NCBI RefSeq assembly: GCF_052425735.1 | Contig: NC_135759.1 | Coordinates: 6,634,001 to 6,698,000, forward strand | Length of the DNA: 64,000 bases | Origin: Oculina patagonica | Lineage: Eukaryota | Reading direction: 5' to 3' | Shown here: positions 48,284 to 61,601 of the stretch, piece after piece | Layout: each line of letters opens with the position of its first letter | Position numbering within the stretch: the stretch's first letter is position 1 | Notes under the pieces: model-generated | Databases searched by the model: none | Told to the model about the DNA's origin: nothing | What the model saw: the letters and a program-made list of their open reading frames with translations, nothing else | Position numbers and translations under genes: made by a program

Positions 48284-50092
48284 GTGATACTTCCCTACCA
48301 AGTCATGGGCAACTGGCTTGTACCTCACTGCACCCCGCACATCCCATTTGTCTCACAGCTGCAGTTTATGCCACAGCCCATATGGACAAACCAGTACTGA
48401 ACACTCTTGTAGTCACAACTGATTGCTTCGAGAATTAACCATGGACAAGCAGACCTGTTGCACGCCTTTTGTGACCAAAATCATAAGCAAACTTTGTGTT
48501 GGATATTACCTCTAGTTACAAACTGGTTAAAGACAAAACCTGCGGATCATGGAACTGCCGCAATAAGTATTCAGTTTGAGACATGATGAGAATTGACGCT
48601 CCCCCTAACTATTTCTCTGTTTTTGGTTTTGTATTTACTGTAATGATGTCGGGACGACATTTCTGTTGGAGGGGGAGTGTGTAGCAAGTAGAACGAGAGA
48701 GACTGGGCCCAGCCCCAAGTGACATATTATTATGGGATCGGAAAATCCCACGTGTTGGCGAAAAACCTAGCGAGAATCGATGAGAAAACGTGTTGTTATT
48801 GTAGTTTTGAAGTAGTTCCTGAGCGAGATTGAGTAAAGTGTAACACTTCCTTAACTCTAAAAAACTTGAAAAACTCTTCTGTTGATTGTGGTATTTAACA
48901 ATATTCCAAAGTACAGATCCCTTGTATCTGAGTGAATCATTCACGAATCGCGAGTGTATCAGTGTATCTATTGGTTTACAAACTAGATCCAGTTAAATTT
49001 ATGAAGAGAGAGTTCAACACTAAACAAGAATACAAATATTTCTAAAGAATATTATATATCTAAACAAGAATGCAAATATTTCGCCGTCGTCGTTCAAGCT
49101 TTTCAAAATACGCAGAATTTGATCAAGTTGTTGTTTTGCAGAGAAAGGTCAACTAATACACTAATTAAGATCTAAAACGCACGTGCAGAGTTATTTTTCT
49201 TCCAATTGAACCTTTTGTTTACTCCCGAAGTTTGCTTTAAGCTTCCTACTGTTTGACCAACATGTAAAAGACAGAGTATATTAACAGTTTAATTATCGAC
49301 CAATTTGCGTTCGATTATTTCTCTTGACCATCTAGAAGTTAGCTTTTCAGCCAGCATCACATCTAGTCCCAATAGAGATAGTCTAATCGGCGCGTGTCGC
49401 GGGTCAACAAAATTGTCGCGGGTCCACAAAATTGTCACGGGTCCGAAAAAAAATATATTTTTGTTTATAGTTTTTCTTAAGTTCAATACCTCATTAAAGA
49501 TAATAGAATAACGATAACAAGTGCTTGAAAGTAGGTAGACGAAAAATTGAACTTTACTTTTGCTTTCTATCTTTTGAACAGCATATACTATATCAACGTT
49601 CAAGATAATAAAATAATACTAGTTGTACCTATCGGTAAGTGCCAACGAGCGAAATACTCATGTTTGTTCATAAGAACAGATATTGAATGGTTTTTGATAG
49701 AACTATATTTGAAATGACCAAAATATTGTAAATTTGTATTTTAGGTAATATGCGAAAAAAGTGCTATTTCTCTGGTGTTCATAAATGACATTGGCTTGAT
49801 AGCCTGCGTAGCAGGCGCCGTATTCTCGCGATCGCGCACTCTTTTAAGACTTTTTTTACACTAAAAAACGTACACAGATGTCTGCTACGCAGGCTACGGG
49901 TTTGACAGATTGATAACTCCTGACAAATCTTTAAATTCTTTTTAACGTTAAAATGTCACAAAATGTAGGCAATAAATGAGGTTTAATCACTGTTTTTTAA
50001 ATACAACACGCGATGGTATAAATGTTTCCGTCCACAAAAGGGAACTTCTTATAAATCAAATCCCAAAATCAAAACTGCTAAGATGCTTTTTT

Positions 50093-50835
50093 AAGCACTA
50101 AAAGAAAGCATTTACCCGACTTCAGCATTCTCAGAAGTCAAGAAAACTCTATGTGAAGTCAACAGTCCGCTTTTGATTTTCATGTCTCACTTCGATCGTA
50201 AATCAAAGGACTCCAAAGTCGAAAGATTATTTCATTATTTTGAAGACCTTGATGTTCCTTTTTTCGGCGGTCGAATATTCTGTAGGGTATTCTCTTTCGA
50301 TTTATAATTCTCTAAAGGTGTATTTATCGGTAAAGGGATGAATGACCACATTGAAAATAATTTTCAGTAATCAGAGACAGTCATGCACGGGTCAGATTTC
50401 AGTCTCAAATGCGAAGTGTGACTTTCTTGTGTGTATGACATGCAGTAATTTTAGTGAGCGTCGCTTTGTATTGATGTTATTCCTACGCGGAGCGAAAATG
50501 CGTGCCAAATAAAATATAAACGGTATTTGATTTGGAATAAATCATCGGTCAAACAATTACTATAAACACAAGCACTAAAAGAAAGCATTTACCCGACTTC
50601 AGCATTCTCAGAAGTCAAGAAAACTCTATTTGAAGTCAACAGTCCGCTTTTGATTTTCATGTCTTACTTCGATCGTAAATCAAAGGACTCCAAAGTCGAA
50701 AGATTATTTCATCACTTTGAAGACCTTGATGTTCCTTTTTTCGGCGGTCTAATATTCTGTAGGGTATTCTCTTTCGATTTATAATTCCCTAAAGGTGTAT
50801 TTATCGGTAAAGGGATGAATGACCACATTGAAAAT
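50093..50835. repeat. ~265-bp direct duplication (50093-50358 / 50570-50835)
   Basis: AAGCACTAAAAGAAAGCATTTACCCGAC...GACCACATTGAAAAT occurs twice with few differences. Confidence 0.9.
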
Positions 50836-52039
50836 TTTAACAGCGAGCCGCGTGGACGCCATTTTGGTCATTTGCTCTCTAGCAAGGAGTGAGAGACTGG
50901 GAACCAGTTGGGAAGAACAATACAACCCAAATATGGGGTTTACTTACACCCAAATATGGTAAAAAAAAGTCCCTTACGCAGAAATTAAGATTTTCTCTGC
51001 CTATACACTCATACGCACACGGCTCTATGATTCTGCCGCCTAGACAGCCTCGCCTCTTGGCTCGGCTGTCTCGTTGGCAAATACAATAACAATAACTTGT
51101 TGACATTGTGTAGATTATGTACTTCTGGTTTGTATCGTAATTTGGTTTCCCATCGCCACTTTTATAACTCTTTTTTGACGAAAGACTTTCACAAATTTCT
51201 GTCAAACTTTAACAAAGTTACGCAGCGAAAAGCGGAAGTGGTGCGGGATTTCTTCGTTTGACTGCAGTGAATCGCGACAGATCTTATTGATACGTTTCCG
51301 TATCAATAAGATCTGTTATCAATTATTAGAACGCTGTTCGCTCGTGTTTACAGCTCTATACTTCATGGTACAAGCTCTTTATTTTGTGGTACCGTTCAGA
51401 CTTTTTTAACTTTGTTCACCAGGATTAAGAATCTCTCAGTGGAATTATTTCGAAAGGGCGAAGCCGGAGACAATCTTTCTTCAACCACGCGGAGTTGGCA
51501 CTGTCTGGAATCCTTTCCACAACGTTGCTGTATACAACACCTGTCTGCTAGTTCTACTTGGTCTAAGTTTTGACGATAACTGGAGGTGATAGCTTTCAAA
51601 AGTAAGCGGTCTTCGCGTTTTAACTTAAAAACTTTTTTTAGAAAATTAAGATTTCTTTGTAGAAAGTGCGCCGTAAAAATTTTCATTCAAGAGTTGCAAG
51701 CCTTTAGAAACGAACCGAACTAACGAGCGCAGCAAAACGAGTGAGTTTTCTAAATATAAAAATCCGTACAAATTTTGTACGGATGAGTTTTCTACGAGTG
51801 AGTTTTCTAAATATAAAAATCCGTTAATAAAAATCCGTACAAAGCTCTTTCTACTTGTATTTTGTTTATTACAAATATAACGAAAATTCAACCATTGTAA
51901 CCTCGTTTACGCGATTTTTCTAGTTTATTAAGCTTACCTTTGACACGGCTGTACGCAGCGCGTCGAAAAAACAAAGCTGCAAAGGTGCACATCGCTTCGC
52001 TTAAAATTACACAGACACATTAGATTATCTCGTCCCAAT

Positions 52040-52685
52040 AGTTGACGTCATTAGGGCCGCCATCTTGGATCCGCCATCTTGGATCCGCCATCTTGGATTT
52101 CAACATTTTCTTAGAAGGTAGGTAGGTAGGTAGGTAGGTAGTAACTTTATTTTAACACGGTAAATTCATCAGAAATGTACAATAATAAAATACTAAAGGT
52201 AATAAATACAATACAAATAACTAAACAATACTAATCTATACTTAAATAAAAAAAAAAATAACTCTGCTTTACATGAATGCCGTATACTATAAAAAGTAAA
52301 AAACTAGTTTAAGACTAAGAAAAATGATTTCGGCAACCAATTCAAAAACCATCCAGTCGCAAAATAACGAAAATTAATGCAAAATCAAGGCAGAATGCTT
52401 ATGGAATGTAAAAATTGACAAATCTTGCACTTCTGTTTCAAAAAACTGGAAAAAATAAAGAAAAATGTTAAAAATGATGCTTTTTGGCAAGACCTGCTTG
52501 TATTTGTGATGTTGCCATGGCAACGTCAAATATCATAGACACACGGTTGACATATTAAAAGTTCCGCAAAGGATGAATGAACAGCTACTAAACGTTTCAG
52601 CATTGTAGAGTAAATCTATTTTTTTCAAAATTTGGAAAAAACCTTATGGGGGGTGGCATCCCCCCCCTGTACTTCCGAGGGTTAA
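52040..52685. mobile_element. Partial piggyBac-like MITE with a (GGTA)n-tailed insert
   Basis: Right end CCGAGGG|TTAA, (CCGCCATCTTGGAT)x3, (GGTA)n at 52117-52140. Left end not found. Confidence 0.5.
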
Positions 52686-53262
52686 TTTCTTCCTCCCAGT
52701 CAAGTGGTTCTTCGCAAGAAGGATACGTTGGCTCGAACTAAAATAGCTGTACGCTGCTAATGTTAAAATTGAAAGAAGAAATCCGTGGAAGAACGACAAA
52801 TTTAAGCCCCCTTTTAGCTTGTAGCGCTTGTTTTCTAGTGCTTATGAAATTTGTGAGCCATAAAATATGTTACAGTTTGCCGCTGAAATGCAACATGGAC
52901 CGCAGGCGAAGGCCCAAAAAGCGGAAAAACGCAACTTCAAATCCAATTTTCTTTCGAAAACCAAGAAGAGAACAGAAAGATTTATCCAAAGTTGTCTTTA
53001 AATATCTTAGGCTTTCTATAAAGGGTTTCAAAAAAGTTCCCTTGCAAGCCCTTGGCAAACGTTTTTTTATAAGATATAAGATATACCAACCCACCGGTTT
53101 TGGATTGACCTCAACTGAAAATAACGGTAAAAGGACTGAGTAGGGTCTTAGTCTGTCTGTAATCACACGACCGCGTAGCTGGAGTCCTATTTGTTTAATC
53201 ACGAGTATGAATACAGACTAGTCCATTTTTCAGTTGCCTGCCAAGTGACCTGGCCTATGAAT

Positions 53263-56200
53263 GGTAGTGAGGCTGGAGGTGACCTTACATCGATAAAAAC
53301 ATATCTACTTTATCATGGAAATGCAAAATAGTTAGCATTACAACAACATGATTTACACTACAAAAGCAGTGACGTCACTCCCAGCCTCACTTCCATTCAA
53401 AGGCCAGGTCACTGAGCAGACGACTGTAAAATGGCATATTGGACGAAACGAAGTCCTGTTATTAATTAATTACAAGTATAATACAATTCTTTGAAAAAAA
53501 TTTAGACAAGCCAATCCTGAACTGGAAAAGAAAAGGGCGCATACGCGCAGCCCGCGGGCTTTGTTATCGGACATTTTATTATTGGACACTATGTTATCGA
53601 ACACCATGAACACTTTAGCTGCGCGCGCTCCAATTTGGTAAAAATAGGTTGAGAATTTTATTATAGTTATGATTAAACCTGAAAGTACATAGAACATACA
53701 GAGTTGTCAAATTTATAAGAGGTGTGAACAAATTTTTGGTGATGTTCTGAATCTTATTCGATGATAACTTCCTGCGAAAAACAAAAACAAACAAAGATAA
53801 AAGACATCAAGCTTGCATGACTATAGATACATACATATACTTGTATATACTATCAATATTTACATTATTGCAATGGCATAAAACAAAACTAAAGCGAAAA
53901 CTTTTATTAATCATAATCATGTAATAGGAAAACTAAAAACCAATTACATATGTGTTACATCTCTTTCATTCTACAGGAGATTATTTCGTAAAGATAAGCA
54001 TCTTGAAATGAACTTCATCAGTTGAATATTTATTTAAAAATGATCGGAATTTATTGATATTTTGGTGGCTTGTATTGATGGTAATAGTAAAACATTCTCA
54101 CTGAATACAATTACCCTGACACGGGAAGCTAAGTTATGGGGGGATACCCGCGAATGCCAGGGCAATTGGCGTGTAGAATGTAGGATACAGCAGTGATTGA
54201 CCGCCACCAGGGGAGGTGGTAGGGGCGAAACTTTTACAGTCACTTCACCGAACTCCGTTGAACTGGCCACGAGGTGACTGAAACTGTGATATTTGAAGCG
54301 GAGGTCGCAATGCATCATGCTACTAGCGCGCAGGTACAACACACCGGAATTTAACGAACTTAAGCCATTCCCGCGTGACGGGCTAATTATGTATGCAGTG
54401 AGAATAGTGTGATATTTGCTATTTGATTCTCTATTTTTTGTAAAATTCATCTATAAAACTACATTATTATCAATACACGCGGCCAAATTAAAAACCGCCC
54501 TATTGAAAACACGCGCTTTGCGGGCAGCAAATGACTCCTAGCGGGCTGTTAATGCATTAACGGCCCTGCAACTGATTGGTTCTCAGTTGATCGTCCGATT
54601 AACGTTAACCAATCAGCGTCGCTGAGGCGGGAAAACCATTCAGGTACGTACGCGTACAGCAAATGTCTCGAACAGTTTTTCGACAAGCGAATTGTGTTCG
54701 GTAGGAGAAATCAAAGTCTATTTGTTGTAAATGGGACAAAATACAGCCAAAAAGTCGGATTTAGAAGCAAATGCACAAGGCGAAGAGACAAAGAGAGCAA
54801 CTCCTTGTTGTCTTGCGAGAAACGAAACATGGTTCGCTTGAATTGTGTATCTCCGGTCGAGCTAATTTAGCTGAAGTAGTTGCGCATGCAGGAATTTTAT
54901 GCCGAAGTTCAATCGGAAAATGTAAGTTTGTAAAGTATTATTATCCGTGAATCAACCCATTGCTCATTATTTTCAGAGACACTGCAGGTAGCTCTTTTAT
55001 ACTACAACTACACAATAAGACATAAGCCTCAGTAGCATCGTGTATAATTTTCATTGCGACGAAGTACTTGTGTTATTTGAATTGAAAATCATGATGCTAA
55101 CTTCATTAAACTGAATGTGTTACCTATCTGGATGTTATTTAGCCTTATTTATTGATAATAATGATAATAAAATGACTTTTTCGGGAATATTGTTTATTTG
55201 CACCCTTAAAGTGTCATTTGGGGCCCTTGCGCTGCTTCGCGCTCGGGCCACAAATGACACTACGCGGGCGCAAATAAACAATATTCTCTCAAAAAATCAT
55301 TTTATTCCCTTAGTATTAAGTACAATGGAAAAGTAGATGAATTTCATCTTCCGTTTGGTTTGATCCACAGGTTGTGCAGAGACTATTATCCCTTGGGATT
55401 TGATCATATCTAATCTGCCAGTTTTAATCAATTACTTATGATTACCTAATTTAAGGGCGCGGTTTTTACCCACAATTCTGGAATAAGAATGGTTGGTACA
55501 GAATGCTAGGAATAATTCAGATTGCCTGCATTAAAAAAAACGCTCGCGAGTAAATTTTGTGTTACAAATATAGTGGCCGGCGAAGAAGCTGCTGTTAAAG
55601 CCATTATCGCTGCAATGTTCCTGCTTAATAAAGAGGAGGAAGAAAGTTTGGAGTCTGTAATGTATTTGTCGAATGTTGTGTTAGTGCTTTTCACAAAGGA
55701 GAGAAGACATATCCTCGAATTGCCGGCTATACCGGTCGGCATATTGGATTCATTCACATTTATGCCCCTGCGATCGGGAATGGATGAAATGGTAGGTGTA
55801 CTGTCCATGGCGGAATGAGAATGCTGAAAAAAGCGCGCATTTCAATTCTGGCCATTCTTATTACAGAATTGTGAATAAAAAACTATCTGTATATTCTAAA
55901 TAACAGGAAAGCATATATTCGTCCTTAAAAGTGTTAAAGAATTCTAATTTCTTACAGTTTTGAATAGTTACTGTATGTTTTCAGTGTAAAGTATACTTTT
56001 GTTGCAAAAGACTTGCAAAGTTTTAAATCTTAGCATCAGTTAAGAAAATAGGGTCAAGATCAGGCACAAAAATGTTAGAGTAAAATCTATTTTGCCGATG
56101 TTATTAAATTCACAGTCTATGGCAAATTGCATTAATACAACTATTTAAGCATATGTTAGGATATAAAACGTATGAATTTACAGTCTGGAAGGGCGTACGC

Positions 56201-59200
56201 TACCCGCACTGACATTATTAGTTTAATTTGTTACTCATTTTAAATGTTTAAAAAGTCGCAGCAATGTCGTTTACTTTTAGTTAAATGTTCCCAGGGGAAT
56301 AATCTGGTTTGACATATCCCTCATGGTTCCACGATCCAACAACGGACAACTCGCAATTTATAAAAGTATTTCTGTTAATTGAATATAATTTTGATAATTT
56401 TGTACCCCACTTTTGTTAAAGGAGCTACGACGCGGGAATTTCGCAATTTTTTGGTCTAAACTGATCTAAAAAAAAACAACTTGAAAAGTTTAGCCTTAAT
56501 TTTTCAAGTTTTATTCCATTTTCATCCGAGCCATCCGCAGCCAAAGATGCTTGTTACAAGTTTTTAGTGCCCTAATATAGTAATTTTTAACATAAATGGA
56601 CTATTACTTCTTCGTTTCCTGCGACACAAATATAGATCTTGCTATTCAAAATCTGTTGAGAACCGTGACAAAGCCCCTTTAAGGTGAGGCAAAAACGAAT
56701 TGTTAAACGCAGTTATCTTTTCTATTCGACAGTAGATGTAAGATATTAATTTGCTAAAAATATACTTATATACTTACAGAGAGGCTAATTTTGTCATAGA
56801 GCAAAATAACCCATTTGGTAAGTATTCTATTTCGTTCTCAGAAAGATCTCTGCAAATAAAAAGATGGTCAGTATACTGACGGTAAAGAGCTTTATGTAGC
56901 CTTGCGCACAGGAAAACGCTTTTTGCGAGCTGGGTGATGAATCGAAGGGAATTACAATAATTATAGTCTAGTGCTGGAACACAGCACAGATGTTTTAATT
57001 TTGTTTTGTCACTATTTTTTATTAGCTACGGAAAGATTGGGGTCCCGAAAAAGGACCAAAATGCTCTAAAGGGGGAGCTTGGCTAGAAAGATTATATTGT
57101 AAACACACTGATTATGGCAGATTTTAGATTGTTGTCGCAAGCAATCCAAGGAGATTCCCACTGGTTTCATAACGGTAAGAACTTAATCATGATGTGCCTT
57201 AAATCCCAATTTAAACCAGACTTTAGAGACGTTTTCCCTCAGATTTGTCTATTCTTTAATATGGGAATAAAGACAGGGTACCTTCCAGTCCCGCTGGTCT
57301 TCTTAGAATTTAACAAAAAGTTTCCATATTTCGTCACTTTTCTACCCCCAATGGTAGGTGTACTGTCCATGGCGGAATGAGAATGCGGAAAAAAGCGCGT
57401 ATTTCAATTCTGGCCATTCTTATTACAGAATTGTAAATAAAAAAACGATTTGTATATTCTAAATAACAGGAAGGCGTATATTCGTCCTTAAAAGTGTTAT
57501 AAAATTCTAATTTCTTACAGTTTTGAATAGTTACTGTATGTTACCAGTGTAAAGTATACTTTTGTTGCAAAAGACTTGCAAAGTTTTAAATCTTAGCATC
57601 AGTTAAGAAAATAGGGTCAAGATCAGGTAAATTATAAAACTCAGATATCCTCATAATGTTAGCGTAAAAAATATTTTGCCGTTGTTATAAACTTCCCAGT
57701 CTATGGCAAATTGCATTAAGATACCCGATTTAAGCGTATGTTATGATATAAAACGTATGAATTTACAGTCTGGAAAGGCGTAATCTACCCGCACTGACAT
57801 TATAAGTTTAATTTGTTACTCATTTTAAACGTTTAAAATGCCGCAGCAATGTCGTTTACTTTTAGTTAAATGTTCTCGGGGGAATAATCTGGTTTAAAAT
57901 ATCTTACATAGTTCCACGATCCAACACCGGACAACTCGCAATTTATAAAAGTATTTCTGTTAATTGAATATAATCTTGTGCCCCACCTTTGTTAAAGGAG
58001 CTACGCCAGGAGTTAAAAGTCTTAATTTTCTTATTAGCCTTATTAGCCTTTTCTTATTAGCCTTGTTCTTATTAGCCTTAATTTATCAAGTTTTATTCCA
58101 TTTTCATCCGAGCCAATGCTTGTTACCAGTTTTAAGTGCCCTAAATAATGATAAAAATGGACCGTAATTTCTTGCTTTCCTACTTCACAAATATAAATTT
58201 TGGCTGTTCAAAAATCTGTGGAAAATCGTGACAAAGCCCCTTTAAGGTGAGGCAAAAACGAATTGTTAAACGCAGTTATCTTTTCAATTCGACAGTAGAT
58301 AAAAGATATTAATTTCTAAAAATATACTTATATACTTACAGATAGTATAATTTTGTCATACAGCAAAATAACCCATTTGGTAAGTATTCTATTTCGTTCT
58401 CAGAAAGATCTCTGCAAATAAAAAGATGGTCAGTATACTGACGGTAAAGAGCTTTATGTTGCCTTGCGCACAGGTAGGTGAGGCTGGAGGTGAGCTTACA
58501 TCGATAAAAACATATCTACTTTATCATGGAAATGCAAAATAGTTAGCATTACAACAACATGATTTACACTACAAAAGCAGTGACGTCACTCCCAGCCTCA
58601 CTTCCATTCAAAGGCCAGGTCACTGAGCAGACGACTGTAAAATGGCATATTGGACGAAACGAAGTCCTGTTATTAATTAATTACAAGTATAATACAATTC
58701 TTTGAAAAAATTTTAGACAAGCCAATCCTGAACTGGAAAAGAAAAGAGCGCATACGCGCAGCCCGCGGGCTTTGTTATCGGACAACTTATTATTGGACAC
58801 TATGTTATCGAACACCATGAACACTTTAGCTGCGCGCGCTCCAATTTGGTAAAAATAGGTTGAGAATTTTATTATAGTTATGATTAAAACTGAAAGTACA
58901 TAGAACATACAGAGTATTCAAAGCTATAAGAGGAGTGAACAAATTTTTGGTGATGTTCTGAATCTTATTCGATGATAATGTCCTGCAAAAAACAAAAACA
59001 AACAAAGAAAAAAGACATCAAGCTTGCATGACTACAGATACATACATATACTTGTATATACTATCAATATTTACATTATTGCAATGGCATAAAACAAAAC
59101 TAAAGCGAAAACTTTTATTAATCATAATCATGTAATAGGAAAACTAAAAACCAAGTACGTGTGTGTTACACCTCTTTCATTCTACAGGAGATTATTTCGT

Positions 59201-60270
59201 AAAGATAAGCATCTTGAAATGAACTTCATCAGTTGAATATTTTTTTTAAAAAATGATCGGAATTTATTGATATTTTGGTGGCTTGTATTGGTGGTAATAG
59301 TAAAACATTCTCACTGAATACAATTGCCCTGACACGGGAAGCTAAGTTATGGGGGGATACCCGCGAATGCCAGGGCAATTGGCGTGTAGAATGTAGGATA
59401 CAGCAGTGATTGACCGCCACCAGGGGAGGTGGGAGGGGCGAAACTTTTACAGTCACTTCACCGAACTCCGTTGAACTGGCCACGAGGTGACTGAAACTGT
59501 GATATTTGAAGCGGAGGTCGCAATGCATCATGCTACTAGCGCGCAGGTACAACACACCGGAATTTAACGAACTTAAGCCATTCCCGCGTGACGGGCTAAT
59601 TATGTATGCAGTGAGAATAGTGTGATATTTGCTATTTGATTCTCTATTTTTTGTAAAATTCATCTATAAAACTACATTATTATCAATACACGCGGCCAAA
59701 TTAAAAACCGCCCTATTGAAAACACGCGCTTTGCGGGCAGCAAATGACTCCTAGCGGGCTGTTAATGCATTAACGGCCCTGCAGCTGATTGGTTCTCAGT
59801 TGATCGCCCGATTAACGTTAACCAATCAGCGTCGCTGAGGCGGGAAAACCATTCAGGTGCGTACGCGTACAGCAAATGTCTCGAACAGTTTTTCGACAAG
59901 CGAATTGTGTTCGGTAGGAGAAATCAAAGTCTATTTGTTGTAAATGGGACAAAATACAGCCAAAAAGTCGGATTTAGAAGCAAATGCACAAGGCAAAGAG
60001 ACAAAGAGAGCAACTCCTTGTTGTCTTGCGCACAGGAAAACGCTTTTAGCGAGCTGGGTGATGAATCGAAGGGAATTACAATAATTATAGTCTAGTGTTG
60101 GAACACAGCACAGATGTTTTAATTTTTTTTTTTCACTTTTTTTTTTTTTTTACGGAAAGATTGGGGCCCAAAAATCTAAATTCTTTAGTATGCGAATAAA
60201 GGCAGGGTACCTTTCAGTCCCGCTGGTCTTCTTAGAATTTAACAAAAAAGTTCCCATATTTCGTCACTTT
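53263..60270. repeat. Mosaic local segmental duplication
   Basis: A 53263-54817 = A' 58473-60030. BC 55788-57340 = 57350-58474 + 60025-60270. Confidence 0.92.
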
Positions 60271-61218
60271 CGTTATTGGGCATTTTAAAATTGTGTAAAA
60301 ATGCATTGAACTGCAATTTTGTATGAAACATAGCGTGTTACGCACAAGCACGCATTGGATATGAGATGGTAGATAGCTAGAACTATCTCATATCCAACAA
60401 GCGCGAGTGGAATTATTGTTTTATTGAAAAGGCCTAAAGAATTGCAATATTTTAGCTCCCCAGCAGTTTTCGTTGACACGTATCGGCTACCATATTTGTG
60501 GTCAGTGGTATATGAACTCATATACCATTGCCTGTTAACCAATCAAAACGCAGGAATTGCAATATCCCATTGCTAGATTTTAATAAGACAATATATTCAC
60601 CGCGCTAGGCGGTGAATATAGCATCTCATTTAGCATCTCTCATCTCGTTGAATATAGCATCTACTAAGCCATGCCACATTTGCCATCCAGGCAAGTGAAC
60701 ATGGCGGCATTTGTTGAACGAAAATGTCTCTCATTTAAAAGAAATCACTCAAATCCTCGATATTTGAAACATTGGAAATTTTGCAAATTTACTACCAAGG
60801 CTTTTGGACCGAAAATATTTTCAAGAGATTGTATTCAAGGCATTAGAATTGATCGTAAACATGGTGATTTTGGAGATCGCACACTCAGTCAGATCGACTG
60901 TCAAAACATTAGTTAGTTCTCTTGTCACTGGAGCTAGTAATTTCGAGAGGGCTCACACAATTGCTCAGAAGTCATTGACGATAAAACAAAAGTACGGGAT
61001 ATCTATCTTTTTGGTAGTGTTTGATTTGTTCCGTTTTATTGCTAAAACTTGAGTGTAAATTATGATTTTAATCGATGAATTAAACTGGTTTACACGTATG
61101 CAAGCGAACACTTGTGTTTGTTGTTTTCGTGTTTTCTATTGGTTATATTTTGCAGTTTTGCACCTCTGAAAATTATACTAAAACAATTATTCGCCTCAGG
61201 CTCAGTGATAATAGTTAA

Positions 61219-61601
61219 AGGGAACTGTGTCACGGCTAAGTTAATTTTATGTTACTAAATTTTGCCAAACACTCGCTATGAAACTAAATGTTTGCAAAGA
61301 AATTAATTCTATGATTCTAAATGACAAAACCATAGCTTCATTACAGCCAAATATGTCTCCTGGGCGTTATAATTTAAAGTTACAAGCAGACAAGATTAAC
61401 TTTGAAAACTGTTCCGCCGGATCATATTTCAAAAACCCATATTGCAATCCGTTTCAATCTTCGTCACTTTTGGCCATCCGTACCTTCTTTTACATTTGGT
61501 ATGTTATTTAAATATTCCTCTACTGTTTTAAGGGGTTATTTTTATATATTTAATCGAATTTGATGGTCATTTCCTATTTCCTAGTCCGTGACACGGTCCC
61601 T
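61219..61601. mobile_element. Kolobok-like MITE
   Basis: TTAA|AGGGAACTGTGTCACGG ... CCGTGACACGGTCCCT|TTAA. Confidence 0.8.

Larger units (their letters stand above)
42237..48845 (+). mobile_element. Full-length Ty3/Gypsy LTR retrotransposon
   Basis: 166-bp TG..CA LTRs (42237-42402, 48680-48845; 4 differences). Flanks CTTT/CTTC, PBS, PPT GGAGGGGGAG (48668-77), gag-pol in PR-RT-RH-IN order. Confidence 0.97.
41762..48960 (-). mobile_element. LINE 3' fragment ((TCTA)n tail) split by the Gypsy insertion
   Basis: RFVNDSLRYKGSVLWN...ELRK (48846-48950) continues as KHVVNRAYFKDFNF (below 42236). (GATA)n tail at 41762-41795. Confidence 0.65.

Noticed and set aside
54190-54310. Hammerhead, twister or telomerase RNA within the foldback
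   Set aside because: GCGAAAC..GTC and AACTCCG..GCGGAGG are suggestive, but the CUGANGA core, the twister U-A cleavage site and loop, and a CUAACCC template are all missing.
54034-54450. 138-aa ORF conserved in both duplicate copies
   Set aside because: Conservation reflects recent duplication. No domain similarity, and it overlaps a foldback structure.
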